A program made the translations under genes and the position numbers. A stretch of DNA of 64,000 bases from Callorhinchus milii (lineage: Eukaryota): assembly GCF_018977255.1 (NCBI RefSeq), contig NW_024704757.1, positions 7,688,001-7,752,000 on the forward strand, in the 5' to 3' direction. The notes below the pieces were generated by a model. That model ran no database searches. It was not told the DNA's origin and was given only the letters and a program-made list of their open reading frames with translations. Shown piece by piece: positions 50,401 through 63,600 of this stretch; positions within the stretch are counted from its first letter, which is position 1; each line of letters opens with the position of its first letter.

Positions 50401-53400
50401 GGGTAAGCTATGCAGTAAGTAGGGTAAGCTACACAGTAACTAGGGTACGCTACGCAGTAAGTAGGGTAAGCTACACAGTAAGTAGGGTAAGCTACATAGT
50501 AATTGGATAGGTTACACAGTAACTCTTAATATTTTGATTTATCCATAATTTAATGTGAAAAAAAATTATGTTTTATTCTCATTGGCTTGAAATCACACTT
50601 TAGAAAGAGAGACTGTGCGGCTGTGTAACGGGAATGGGCAGGGAGCTCTGACCAACTGGAGTCTTGTACCTGACCCTCTTCAGAGAGCTTGGACATCCAG
50701 CCCTTCTTAAAGTTCAGCAGGTCTGGCTGCAGGAAAGTAAAGGAGAGTTAGCTGTACATCACAAATCAAAGTAAATCAGTAAATTCAGTACAAACTCAGC
50801 ATCTCAAACATATACACACAGTCTCACTCACACAGAGTGACCCACACACACGCACAGTGACACACCACACACACGCACAGTCACACAGTGACACACGGGC
50901 AGTGACACGTGCACAGCGACACACACGCACACAGCGATAGACACAGTGACACGCACAGTGATACAAACGCACACAGTGACACACACAAACACACACAGTG
51001 ACACGCCTAGTCACATAAACACACACGAAGCAAGCTGAATCCTTCCCATCAGTTGAGAACTGTCCTTACCGTCACTGCACACTCAGTTACTCTCCTGTCC
51101 AGTGACATTGCCCGAGAACACAGGGGAGGATGTACTGAGCTCAGGTTGCCCGACTCAGACACACATTCCTGCAACAAAAACCAACATCATCACTGCTACA
51201 GCCCAGAGCATCAGCATCACCAGATCTGAAGTGGTTAATAACATCACCAGATCTGAAGGGGTTAATAACAATAAGGCGTCATTCACAATAGCTCTGCCTC
51301 TGTCTGTGCATTTTCATAGTGCCTCCATGCTCGGTGCGTTTTGGAGCGATTAAACCGAATCACCAACGAAAAAGGAATGTGTGAATGTTGTGATAAACAA
51401 ATAATCCTTGCATTTTGATGTAGCACTTTTTCACATCTTCTAGATGTCTCAAAGTGCTTCACAGAATATACTGTAAAGTGAACTGACTGTATAATTTGTG
51501 GGCGAAATGCGGCAGCCAATTGCGCACAACAGTGTCCCACAAAACAGTCGTGGATTGTAGAGACCAATTTATTATTGGTTTTTTTCTTGAGGGATTATTA
51601 TCAGGCATGTAAAGTTAGGAAACTTGCCCAAGGTTTCGCCCTGTTAGGAATTGAACCGAGGTCTCTTGCTTGTGAGGCGAGTGCTCTAACCACTGAGCTA
51701 CCGGTCTCCACGTACCCTTTTCCTGAGAAGTTCCTGGTCTCACTTCGACCTTGTCGAGTCTCATTGTTGATCTTCGTATCGCCTGGGGAGCTGGCCTCCA
51801 TCTGCAGAGCCTCAAACTGCTCAATGACCTGGGACTTCCTACACGTGGGGACAAGAGGAGTGAGCACCGCAACGGAGGAGCACACACCGAGTTTACATCA
51901 ATTGCGAAACCGCTTGTTCACAGCCACAAAACTTCTCGGCCATGTTCAGGGAGTAACAGGATGAGCAACGAGCCTCTGCGGTGAGTGAGGAACAGAAACA
52001 CATTCCTGTGGCCATTTACAGTATCAGATAAAACCTCCTCTGGTCACTGTGAACAGCAATTATCGGAAAACAGCCAACAACAACATGTTCACTTTACATC
52101 AAAGTAAACTTTGCTCACGGAGCCCCATCAGCGTCAGCTGTGAATTGGCTATTTTCTCATCACTGTTTTATTACTGAATCCTCGGCCACAACAATCGCGT
52201 TTGTCAGGATTGTCAGGAGGAGAGTGAAGGGGGAGGGCAGGAGGAGAGCGGGGGGGGGGGCAGGAGGAGAGGGGGGGGGGAGGCAGGAGGAGAGCAGGTG
52301 GAGGGTGAGGGGGGGAGGCAGGAGGAGGGCGAGCGGGGGGAGGCAGGAGGAGAGCGGGGGGGGGGGGGGGGGAGGAGGCAGGAGGTGAGGTTCACCCCCG
52401 GTTACGCCATATTACATAATGTTTTATTACAGAGTGTTTTGCCTCTTTGGGGAATGAGCCGTATTATGTACGTAATGGCATGATGGGGTAATTGTGTAAT
52501 TCCCGCTCAACAGCAACAGCACTAACGGACATCAGTGAGATGGCATCAAACACTTTTCACTTTCGTCAGACAAGTGGAGTTCTTTGAAGAGTGAGAATGA
52601 AAACCAGAAACTGAGGGTAAACCTTGCCCATCGCCTACCTCATTGCATTGGCTCCAGCTTACTAATACTAGTGCAGTCTGAGCTCTAGGTTACTAACACC
52701 AGTATAGTCTGAGCTCTAGATGATTAACACCAGTATAGTCTGAGCTCTAGATGATTAACACCAGTATAGTCTGAGCTCTAGGTTACTAACACTAGTGTAG
52801 TCTGAGCTCTAGGTTACTAACACTAGTGTAGACTGAGCTCTAGATTATTAACACCAGTATAGTCTGAGCTCTAGGTTACTAACACCAGTATAATCTGAGT
52901 TCTAGGTTACTACACTAGTTTAGTGGATCAGTAACACACAAATGTTCTGTCGTCACAATCAAAGTAATGCGATTAAATGATGATTCAGACAAAGCGACAA
53001 TTCAGCCACAGACAACACTGCCCAGGGAAGGCCAGACCACTGCCCACCTCAACCAGGAGCCACATTAGCTCCGAGGGTGGGAATAATTCTCAGTTGATGA
53101 TTCCACCATTGGCACAACCTCAGCGCCCCCCGCCCCCCCCCCCCCCCCATACCCATTTACAATGCTCGACAGTGGTCTAGTCTTAACTGGTAACAGGCTG
53201 AAAGCACAGAGAGATTTGAATGAATGAGTGGGGTTGGATTGTATGGAGCCACATGCGAATCAGTCCTGGGAGCAGGCGGGGAGGCAGAGTCGGGCAGCAG
53301 CAGCACCTGGAAGACACACCTGGACAGTCAGACACATGGCAGCAACTGGACAAGCAACAACATGACTGTGTGTAACTGTCAAAGCTCCCACCCCCCCCAC

Positions 53401-56400
53401 CCTGGGCTCCTCCCCCAGCCCCGGGCACCCTTACCCCTGGTGCCTCCCCCACTGGGCACCTCTCCCACTCCTGGGCTGAGGTTGGCAGAAAGTTGTCATC
53501 ACTCGGTTCCTGTCACGTGACAGAACGAGGGACATGTGGTGACATGAGGAAGGAAACCGTTCCTAAACCTTTGCCTTAACTTCAGATTAACTTGGAGACA
53601 AATAATCAGCACGAAGCAGTAACAGTGAGTCTGACCGACACAGGGCAGAGATGGGATGTACACACACAGCCACAGACCACAGCTCATTACTGGCTGTGGA
53701 TCTGCTCAGGTTAAGCATGAATAAAATTACAGAATCTTTCTTACCTTCTTTCATACCCGAACAAGCGAATGACTTCCTCTCTGCCTGGACTTCGAGCCCT
53801 GGCCTGACGCTCTGCTCTGAACGCTTCCCGGTGACTGTTCCTCTTGACTCTGGGAATGTCAGCCAGTGTGACATAGTCAGTGTGCCTCGTCTCCAGCCCC
53901 GGCCCCAGAGTGTCCAGGGGGCTGGCACTGCTCAGTGAGCTGCTGCTGGTGTCCGAGCCCAAGGAACTCTGGGACGAGCTAATGGAGAGGTTGCGATCTG
54001 TGGGAGGGAAAGGATGGCAGGAGAGCTGAGGGGAACAGGCTGCCACACTGCCACTCTCAGGGCAACTATACCTGCTGAAAGTGCCAGTGCCTGGCAAGGA
54101 ACCCAGCGGTTTATAGGTGGCAGGAAGCTTCTCCAGGGAGCAGCAGTCGTTCCTATGTTGCCCACCTCTGTGGCTGGTGCTGGCTGTGCCGAAGGTCTCT
54201 GTAGAGAGGGGAAAGGACCTCATTCAGTCAATGGCATTAATTCCCAACATGAAGATCAGGCAGTGACTCAAACATCTCGGACTGCGGTCACACACTGAGC
54301 GGTCTGGGGCACTACCCTGCCTGAGGGGCACTATAATAAAGCAAGTTGTTTTTGTTGAACTATCAACCCCAACGCCTGTTTTTGCACTAGCCCCTTTTGT
54401 CTGTGCTGCTCTTTGAAAGATCAATCCATTCATTTCCATTTACCTGTCTCCTGCCCCATTCCCTCTACACCAACAAATGACACCTGGTTAAATATCTATC
54501 TTATTCTGTCTTGAAAGCTAGTATGTATCCTTGAGCCCCGGAAATGTCAAGGCATTCCACATCCCAACAATTCTGTGTGAAATATTCCTCCTAACCTACA
54601 ACTTTGCTAATTTCCTGTGAAGAGCATTTGTCACTTAATTTCTCTGGTTCCAGTTTTTAGAGCTCTGAGATCACATGAGCATCAACCAGTGGCCGAGGCT
54701 CCACAAAGGGCTGTGATGATCAGGTAACATCAGAGCCAAGTCTCAGGGCCATCGATTCTGTATAAAATCTCTACATAATGATAACAGGGCCTTGGAGAGG
54801 GTGCCGAGGAAATTAACCAGAATGGCACCAAGGATGAGGGACCTTAGTTATGTGGAGAGACTAGAGAAGCCGGGATTGTTCTCCTTAGAGCAGAGAACAA
54901 CAATAAAAACAACAAAATTACATTTATAGAGCGCCTTTCACGTCGGGAGGTCGTCCCAAAGTGCTGAACAGTCAGGTGTCGGGACCCAAGCATAGGGGAG
55001 GGGTGGTGTAGGGTTGAGGGAAGGCAGAGAGGTTGGAGGGTGACCAAAGGCACGATCGAAGAGAAGGATCTTAAGACTGGCCTTGAAGGAGGCAAGGGAG
55101 GAAGTGAGGCAAAGGGAAGATAATTCAGATGAGAAGGTTAAGGGGAGACTTAATAGAGGTGTTCAAAATTATGAGGGGAGATGAGGAGAAATTTTTCTTT
55201 TTTTTTCACACAAAGAGTTGTTACCGTCTCGAATGCACTGCCTGAAAGGCAAGAGAAACAGATTCAATAACAACTTTCTAAAGAGAATTGGATAGGAACT
55301 TGAAAAGGAAAAATTTACAAAGGGTATGAAGGGTACGGGGGAAAGAGCAGGGGAGTGGGACTGATTGGGTAGCTCTTCCAAAGAGCCGGCACAGGCATGA
55401 TGGGCCGAATGGCCTCCTTCTATGCTGTAATATTCTGATTCTATTAAAAACTTTGTCGGGGCTTAAACAGAACTTCTGAATGAGGTTGATGGGGAGCCAA
55501 TCACAGGGGTGCTCGGGAATTATTCATAGGGAACTTGGGAAATTTCCAGCCAGCCCGGCCCTGGTATCATTCTACTGATCGCTGCAACCCACATACCAGT
55601 CACATATCCAGCTTCTCTTAAACCAATAACACGCCTGACAACACAATCAGACTCCTTATAAACAATTGATTAGGCTAAAATCTCAACCTTTCCAAGAGTT
55701 TTAAAGAAGCAAAGCTTAACAACAAGCTTGTGTTTTGCAATAGGTCTGACTCAATCACTCCAGGAAGATGTCTATTTGCCTCTTGAACCCACGTGGACCT
55801 ATCACATCCTCTATCCTGTAGCTGACCCTGAAATAAAGTTCTACTTGAATTATCTTCCCTACGATGCCTGATGTAGGGGCCAGCGAGCAGCAACATTACC
55901 CTTGGTTCCTGAACCCTCATCCAGTGCAGGGGTTCTAGGAAACACAGCCATGGGTGCCGGGCCCTGGGGGCAATGTTGGGGATGATTCCTGGTTTCCGGA
56001 AGCTCTTTCTGCCACAATGTTGACTTCTGGCTGGGGATCTTCTCAACACCTGGAATGTGGCACTGAGTGACTGCAATCTTTGCCGGTCCGGGCTCCTAAA
56101 GAGAATGAGTGATACCCACAGAGTATCAAGCAGCTGGCACCACAGCAGTTTATTACCCTCTGTTATTGTAATCAATAATCAACTGAATGCCGAGTGCTCT
56201 CCCCACCCTGGCCCTGGGCACATAGTAGCGCCAATCACTGGAGCTCAGCTTCTGAGTTCAACGTATAAATGTCAATAAAAAAATCTTTACATTTATTATT
56301 GTGCCATTCAGATCGGGAGGATGCCTCAAAGCTTTCACAAGAATCACTGTAAAGTGTAGTGAATGTTTCCAGGAGAAATTAGTTAATCTGCATGGGAATC

Positions 56401-57667
56401 ACTCAGAGACCAGCGGCCATCCTCACCAACTGCAGCATTTCAGCTGCTGCTTGAGGTGACACGGAGGTAGTGTCCTCACCATCATTGGCTCTGTGAGATG
56501 TAGAGTGCATCCATGAAGGGTGATGCTGTCAGCGCCCAAGTTATGGCGGCGCTGACAGGAGCCAAGCAGGAGGTCCTCGGGCTTGTCTGTGAGGACAGCT
56601 GTGGTCCTGCAATTGAGGGTGGAGGCGGAGAAGTAGAGTTGGGTGTCATCTGCATACATGTTGAGATTGACCCCATGTCTACAGATGATGTCACCAAGGT
56701 GGAGCACTTAGATGTTGAAAAGGAGAGGATTTGAACCAGGCAAAGGCAGGTCCACGAACGTTGAGCTGGGAGGTGAGGCAGTGAAAGAGGATAGAATGGT
56801 CGACAGTGTCGAAGGCAGCAGAGAGGTCGAGGAGGACAAGGAGACAGAGAGAGCCTTGGTGACAGATGGACAGAATGTCATTAATGACTTTGATCAGGAC
56901 TGCTTCCATGCTGTGGGTACACCGATAGCTGATCGCTCGCCTGTCACAGAGAGACTTGGGCTGTCCCAGCGCTGGTACCTGGGCCGGGGGAGACTCCACT
57001 TTACGTTTCTTCTTTGGGTTCTGTTTGTTGGCGCGTGGATACACAATCAGCGTCTCAAACCAGCTACAGAAATAAGAAATACATTAAACATCACCAGTGA
57101 CAAGGACTGGTTGGGGAGTAGGGTGGGGGGAGTAAACTGGGAGATGGGAGGGAAACTGGGGGATGAGGGGGGGGGGTTGGCTGGGGGTAAGGGGGCAGAC
57201 AGTGGGTTGGAGGGGTAAGACGGGGGGTGGGCGGACTGCCTGGAATGAAGGAGTACATAAAAGAGGCGACCAGAACTTGGTAAATGCAAAACGCTAAATT
57301 TGATAAAAAGAATTTGGAGAAAAAAAAATCAGCTTCAAAATTAAGGCTGAATTTATTCATTTGCCAAAACCCATCAGTCTGAAATGTTACCTTCCTGGAG
57401 GAAATCCTGATTTGGGTGGAATTTCCCCCGTTATAGAGAACGGAACGCAGGGCAGCCATGCCAGGCACAAAGCCACTGACCAAGTGCTGACCCTTTGCCC
57501 CACTTTGACTCTTACCCGTTGATGGTCTCTCGGTTCTCAGCTCTGATGAAGTGTTGTTTCTCTGGTGTTAAAATGCAGAGTGAATATTTGTGAGCAGTGG
57601 TGCTCTCGCCCTCCAGCACATCGGTGGACTGGTTCATGTTGATGCTGCCTTGTGGCAGGGTGCTGGG
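38457..57667 (-). CDS. MPRIP: Myosin phosphatase Rho-interacting protein (PH domains plus coiled coil), partial; 5' exons not found in the window
   Basis: Exons 57667-57516, 57063-56979, 56095-55900, 54198-53745, 51838-51716 (donor uncertain), 51168-51070, 50726-50670, 49773-49705, 49528-49439, 49240-49131, 48559-48034, 47852-47736, [46874-43183 cassette], 42416-42269, 42185-42068, 41611-41452, 41363-41244, 40781-40695, 40524-40371, 40251-40166, 38528-38457. Peptides [73 protein letters not shown]. Confidence 0.93.
40892..41210. repeat. 27-bp minisatellite (CACTGCCCTCCCCAGACTGAACCCCAA), about 11 copies
   Basis: Tandem copies in an MPRIP intron. Confidence 0.95.
42647..42846. repeat. 20-bp minisatellite (CACTGCCCGCACTGAGCTCA), about 10 copies
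   Basis: Tandem copies. Confidence 0.95.
43183..46874 (-). CDS. MPRIP: Giant (~3.7 kb) coiled-coil cassette exon of the long MPRIP isoform, with an internal frame break near 45430-45535
   Basis: Two long overlapping E/Q/L/K-rich ORFs (46874-45426 and 45492-43135) lie in different frames. Phase-0 donor at 43183. The flanking exons (GYVLQ, ATCER) join in frame if this exon is skipped. Confidence 0.75.
49975..50520. repeat. 21-bp minisatellite (AGTAGGGTAAGCTACACAGTA), about 25 copies
   Basis: Tandem copies with variant units. Confidence 0.95.
51400..51711 (-). mobile_element. tRNA-derived SINE with an L2-like 3' tail
   Basis: Head GTGGAGACCGGTAGCTCAGTGGTTAGAGC (A-box) ... GGTTCAATTCC (B-box); core TGTGGGACACTGTTGTGCGCAATTGGCTGCC; tail AAATGCAAGGATTATT. 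Confidence 0.85.
52655..52922. repeat. 31-bp minisatellite (AGTATAGTCTGAGCTCTAGGTTACTAACACC), about 8 copies
   Basis: Tandem copies. Confidence 0.9.
54765..55445 (+). mobile_element. CR1 3' fragment interrupted by an antisense L2 tail
   Basis: CR1-like [29 protein letters not shown] and a GGCCGAATGGCCTCCTTCT tail; L2 insert at 54895-55115. Other CR1 tails at 20660-21160 and 17170-17300(-). Confidence 0.75.
56420..56920 (-). mobile_element. L2-type LINE RT fragment
   Basis: [35 protein letters not shown]. Confidence 0.85.
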
Positions 57668-57889
57668 CTGTACACAACAAGGAGCATTGTATCTGTTTCA
57701 GACCTAACTTTGCCATTGACTTCGCAATGACTGTAAACAGTGCAAATTGTTGTCGCTTTTAACAGCAGCAACATTTAAAGTAAGCAAAGTAAACAGAGTG
57801 TTCAAAAACTCTTATAACATTGAAAGCTGTTGTTTCAGATCCCGTGTGACTCGTCCAGGGACACGTGTCAGTGTGAGAGGGCAGGCTTC

Positions 57890-58085
57890 CACTGACAAGA
57901 CACCTGGAGTACCGCGCACACGTGTACTGACAGACACCCAGTGTACCGCGCACACGTGTACTGACAGACACCCGGCGTACCGCGCACACATGTACTGACA
58001 GACACCCAGCGTACCGCGCACACGTGTACTGACAAGACACCCGGCATACCGCACACATGTGTACTGACAGACACCCGGCACACTG
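57890..58085. repeat. ~33-bp minisatellite (GTACCGCGCACACGTGTACTGACAGACACCC..), about 6 copies
   Basis: Tandem copies. Confidence 0.85.
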
Positions 58086-58729
58086 CCCACACGTGCAGGC
58101 ATGTTGCAGCAGAGGTGCAAGCCTGAAACTCAGCAGATTTTCAACCTGATAAATGAGGAATTGGCTAAACATTTACATTATACCTTTACATTATATGTCT
58201 AATCACACTGACCATCTTACACATGCACTGTGTCATTACACACACAATGTAAACATTTCATGAAATGGAGACCATCGTACAATTCAGAACCCTGCAGCCC
58301 GTGTCCTTTTGCCTACCAGTCTCGGTGAGCCAATCTACAAATCTCACCTTTAAATCTCTCCACAGTCTCAATAACCCGACCTCCTGAAAGCTGAGCAATC
58401 TGCCCAGCCATTACTCAGTGAGTATAGGCCTGAGTCCTCCCTACCAGCAGCTTTCAGCCATTCTGCCTCCACTCTGGAACTCCACCGCGGATTCCCTCTG
58501 ACTTGCTCCCTGCCTCGCCTTGTTTGAGGACCGTCTCAAACTACCCTTTTGCTTTGACTGCACATTCGGTCATTTTTCCTCTCCCAATCCCTCCTTGGCT
58601 CCCACCCCCATCCTGGGTGTCAAGTCAAATTATTAAGCCCTCGGATGTCATCCTGACTTGAAAGGTGATACATCAATTTAAGTTTGTATTGTGTATTTGG
58701 TTCTCCACATTATTATTTCACTTGTTCCA

Positions 58730-60615
58730 TCAGGAACTCTCAGACTCCATGCGAGAGAGCTCCAAAGTTATCCTGGAGGCAAACAACAATCCGAAGACGC
58801 TGATTTCCACCATCCATCACCTCCTCCGTGCACCCCCTCAAACCCCCTCTATCCTCACATCAAACGCCAAGTGCAAAGAGGTCCTCGACTTCTTTGCCTC
58901 AAAAATGGAAACCATCCACTTGGCTGCATCATCCTCCCCCCGATTTCCGCTTCCACCCCACCAAGACCATCCACACCACCTCTCCCTCCACCATGGCTCC
59001 TGCCACTCCCTCCTGCTTACCCTTTGCCACCATTTCTCCCTTCTCCCTCTCAACCACAATCACCCAGATGAAGTTCACCATTTGCTATCTTGACTCCCCT
59101 CTCTACCCAGCTGCTGATCACTCAATTCCCCCTTCTCTCCCCCCTGCTGGCCGACTTGGTCAACCAGTCTCTCTCCTCAGGCTCTGTTCCACTTCCCCCG
59201 AAAACCGCTGCCTTCACCTCCTCCTCAAAAAACCCACCCTCGATCCCTCTAATCTCACACACTACCATCCCATTTCCAACCTACCTTTCCTTACCAAAGT
59301 CCTGGAACTTATTGTTGCAGGTCAACTTCAGTCACACCTTTCCCTCCACTCTCTCCTCGAGCCCCTGCAGTCTGGTTTTCGCCTTGCCTGCCCACAGCAC
59401 AGAGACAGTGCTTGTCAAAGTCACAAACGACATTCTCTCTGGTCTGTGGCCAGGGCTCCCTCTGCCTCCTCATCCTCCTGGATCTCTCTGCCAAGTTTGT
59501 CACAGTCGACCATGCCATCCTCCTCCATTGGCTCTCCTCTCTCATCTGCTGCATGGTTTGAGTCCTACTCAACCAGCCTCCATTTCATCCTCCCGCCCAT
59601 GCCCGGTCACCTGCGAGGTACTCCTGGGCTCCATCCTTGGCCCTCTTCTTTTCCTCACCTATATGCTCTGGGCGATGTCGTCCGCAGACATGGAGTAAAC
59701 TTCCACTTATATGCCGATGACACACAAATCTACTTTGCCTCTTCCAGCACTAATTCCTGGTCCGCCGATCAGCTTGTCTGGCAGACATCAAGGCCTGAAT
59801 GAGTGTAAACATCCTGCAGCTGAATATGGACAAGACAGAAGCCATACTCCTTGGCTCCCATCAACGTCTTCACTCCTGCAGTTCTAAACTCCACAACCTC
59901 TCTGGGCTCTCCCTCAGGCTCTCTGAACCAATGCGCAATGTAGGTGTCTGGTTCGACCCCCAAATAACCTACCTCATCTACATCCGGTTCCTGACCAGAT
60001 CCGTTTTCTCTCCCTCTGCCACATTATCCGCCTCCGATCGTACCTTACCCCAAATGCAGCCGAAACCCTTGTGCATGCGTTTGTCACCCCCCATCTGGAT
60101 TACTGCAATGCACTCCTCGCTGGTCTCCCCAGCTCCACCATTCACAAGGTCAGCTCATTCAGAACTCTGCCACCCGCTTTCTGACCCAGACCAAACTTCT
60201 TACCAACATCACACCAGTTCTGCCCCAGGCTGCACTAGCTCCCCATTGCTGAATGGATCGACTTCAAGATCCTCACACTCTCGTGTTCAAATCCCTTCAC
60301 TCTCTGGTACCTCATTATCTCTCCGACCTCCTCACTCCCTAACCCACCACCTCCACTCCACTGGCACCTGCTCATTCCTCTCGCCCTCCGGCCCACCATC
60401 GGAGGTTGTATTTTCAGCCACTATGCCCCAAAACTCTGAAACACTTTCCCTGAATCCCTCCGCCTTGCCCCCTCCCTCAGGCCCCGCTTAAAAACTTTCC
60501 TCTTCGACTGTGCTTTTGGCTATCTCCCCCCAGCTCGGAGTCAGGTTCCCCCACTGTTAAGCGCGCTCAGACGCTATGCTGGTGAAGGGCGCTATGTAAA
60601 TGCAAGTTGTTGTTG
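58730..60615 (+). mobile_element. L2-type LINE fragment (degenerate ORF2)
   Basis: LLKKPTLDPSNLTHYHPISNLPFLTKVLE, LQSGFR, HSTETVLVKV, FHLYADDTQIY, with frameshifts and a (TTG)n tail. Confidence 0.9.
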
Positions 60616-63600
60616 TGCAGAGTTACTCATTTCCTGATGATGTTTACAACAACAAATTACACCTGTATTGCGCCCTTCACGTTGGAAAAACGTCCCAGGG
60701 CGCTGGACAATCAGGGATTTTGGACCTGAGTTGGGAGTTGAGGAGAGAAGGGGAGTAGGGCAGTAGGGGTGGGGGTGGGAGGGTGGCGGAAGGCACGATC
60801 GAAAAGGAAGGTCTGCAGACGGGACTTGAAGGAGGCAAGAGACAGGGTGAGGCGGAAGGATTGCGGGATAGAGTTCCAGAGTGCGGGGGCAGAGATGCTG
60901 AATGCCCGACCCCCAATGGTGGTGCGGGAAGTGCGGAGGACCTAAAGCAGGCTAGTGTCCGCCATCTCATCCTCCTTTTTACTTACAGGAGTCAGTGGAA
61001 GCATACACAGGGCAATTACAACCAATCCAGCACTGCCTTCAGTTTATCGATGGAGGTGTTCATACAAACATCAATGTGGACCTGAACCATGTCTTCACGA
61101 CCACCTGAGCAGGTCAGGTGAGGGATGGCCTCTCTGACAGGGCAAACTGGGCCTGAGCCTAGTGACCAGGGGCTCAAGTGATTCCAGTGTCGCGCCTTCC
61201 TCTGGTGTGACAGCGATCTCACTCCTGCAATATCCACCCCAACCAACAGAGGACTGAGAGCCGAGATGCAGGCAGGAGTTCATCCTCCCATAAACTCTAT
61301 GGGGAGATTGGGTCATGGACACATAAACATAAGACAATCTCAACTGATCTTTCTGGAAGCTGCATGTCCCAAAGGAGTAACTGATAAGAAATAAGAACAG
61401 AGACTAAACTTGATCTTTGCCAAAAGGCCGAGAAGGTCAACCGGGGCCCGTGTTTCCTATAGAGCATCCAGGGGATACTCTGCCAGCTCCTCTCCAATCA
61501 AATCCATGGCACCTTCAACTCTCGATGTGAAAGGCACTGTATAAATGCAAATTTAACTTTGCTTGTTGATGTTTACCCCCAAAATAGCCACATGCGAATG
61601 GGTAAACAGACAATAGGAGGCACCAGCTCAGCATATGGTCTTAAAAGTGAAACAGATTTTACTCGATTGCCATACTTCACACACACGCGTGCACAATCAC
61701 ACGTGTACTCACACACAGAGCATGATTAATGGTGGGGATTAACAGATGAAACTGCTCACAAAAGAGCCATAGTCAAGAGGACGGTGATCTAAACAGGTGA
61801 TCAGACCCGGCTGTGCAGGGTTTAGACAAGACTAGAAAGTTGCTGAAATACTTGATTTGGTGAAATGGGATCTTCTGTCACAAGCAATACGGCATTGATG
61901 TTTGCTATCTGTCCCTGGCCTGATTCTATCCTCATCAACAATTTCCGCCTGGGAATAGCGATCAGAAGCAGGAACCCTGGCTGATTTGTCAACCCAGTTG
62001 CGAGATAAAATAACTCAGTAGACTAAACATACTAAACATTCTTAGTCTACATTCACCAGTTATATTATTGGCAATGATTGAAACACCAGCTCTAGTGGGC
62101 ACAAGAAGCAATTTTAACAGATGTGTCTTTTTCTCAAGTGTTTACTTTACGTCCGGATTTGTAACCCAGGAAACACTCCCATTGTTTGTTTTGCTCTGAA
62201 CACTATCTTGTCCCCCACCCTGTAAGGAACAAACACCCTCGCAAACAAAAACATTAAAAACGAGTGATTATTACATGTGTGAACACATTCCAGAGCTGGT
62301 CTGGGAAGCACCACCTGGTTACAGGAAATTTTGAGGCAAAACCTAAAGTTTACTGTTTCAAAGATTGGAAATGGACTACCAAAACTGCCACAGAGGCATT
62401 CTATCGACAAACACGTCATCTTGGAGCCAGCTCAGCTCCAAGGAGACCCTGCTTACCTCCTTCCCCCAAGGAAGGCAGTCACCTTAGACTGCAAGCTCAA
62501 AGTCCAAATTGGGGGCTCGAACCCAAACCTTCCAACTCCAACTCAGTGTGATTAATGTTACAAAACCCGTGGGCCAGCCCCAATCAGAGAATGTCCTTTT
62601 TATACCAACTCTATATATGCCTATCAATTTCCAATTCAATTCCATTTCAGCTGCTATGAATGAATCTCTCGACTATCAAAATTGTTCCAAAATCTAGGTT
62701 TGCTACCGTACAGGTTACCTCCGAATAAAGTTCCTTTTATTCTGTCCCAAAATTATGAATACTGTAACCCAACATTTCAGTCTGAATCCCAAATTCAGAA
62801 GTTCTCCCTCTTGGAGGAGTGTGACCGATGAATGTGTGGCCTCTCAGAGTGAAATTAACACAAGCTCCTGCTGTGGTTTAAAATGTTTAATCTTGTCGTT
62901 TGGGGTTGAGCTTGAAAACAGAACAGAGGTGAAGGAAATGTTGCAATCCTTGCTTGAGGGTAATTAATTCCAATGTAAATGTTTAACGTCAAGAACCGGC
63001 AATCAAGAACAAAAAGGCTTGAGTTATAAAACTATCCTTGTTCCTAATCAGATAGTTCAAAGGTCTATCAGACAATTGAATGGTGTGTTTCAACTCAGAC
63101 TTAATGGGTTTAAGATCTGGAAAATATTAACTCATTTTTATCCTTGGCTAAGTTGCTGTGAACCAGCCTCTCTGGATTCACATGGGATTTGTGATGGGAC
63201 ATGTATACGTTGAAATTAGTTATTCAGTCGTTCCCACAAACTCACTCTGTCAGTTATACAGAGATTAAACATCTGCTTTCAGTTCACATTATTAAACGTT
63301 AAAACTAAACAGTTGAGAATACAAAAATATTGCAGTTCAAATTGTGCTTAGTTCACTGAAATGAGATGAAACAGTGAGTGAGAATATTACTGATGTAGCC
63401 CTGGTGTTTATCATCAGCATATCAGCTGTTGTGTCCTGCCAACACTGACACCAATCTGGTGGCACAATCCTCTCTGCAACTTTACTCCAAGGCTAACTCC
63501 AAATGCAATGCTCGTTTCTCTGAACAGGCCACAGTTTACTGTGGAAAAGGCCAATGGAGCTGTGGACAATGACACCTTGTGAGAGCCTTGGCCTCCGCCT

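Noticed and set aside
51630-51711. tRNA-Val-like sequences (also about 24235-24310, 19095-19168, 10812-10885)
   Set aside because: These are SINE heads continuous with SINE bodies and lack an intact acceptor stem, so they are not tRNA genes.
52655-52922. Multiple TACTAAC (branch point / QKI) motifs, also at 38340-38390
   Set aside because: They lie on the strand antisense to MPRIP, and there is no evidence of a plus-strand transcript.
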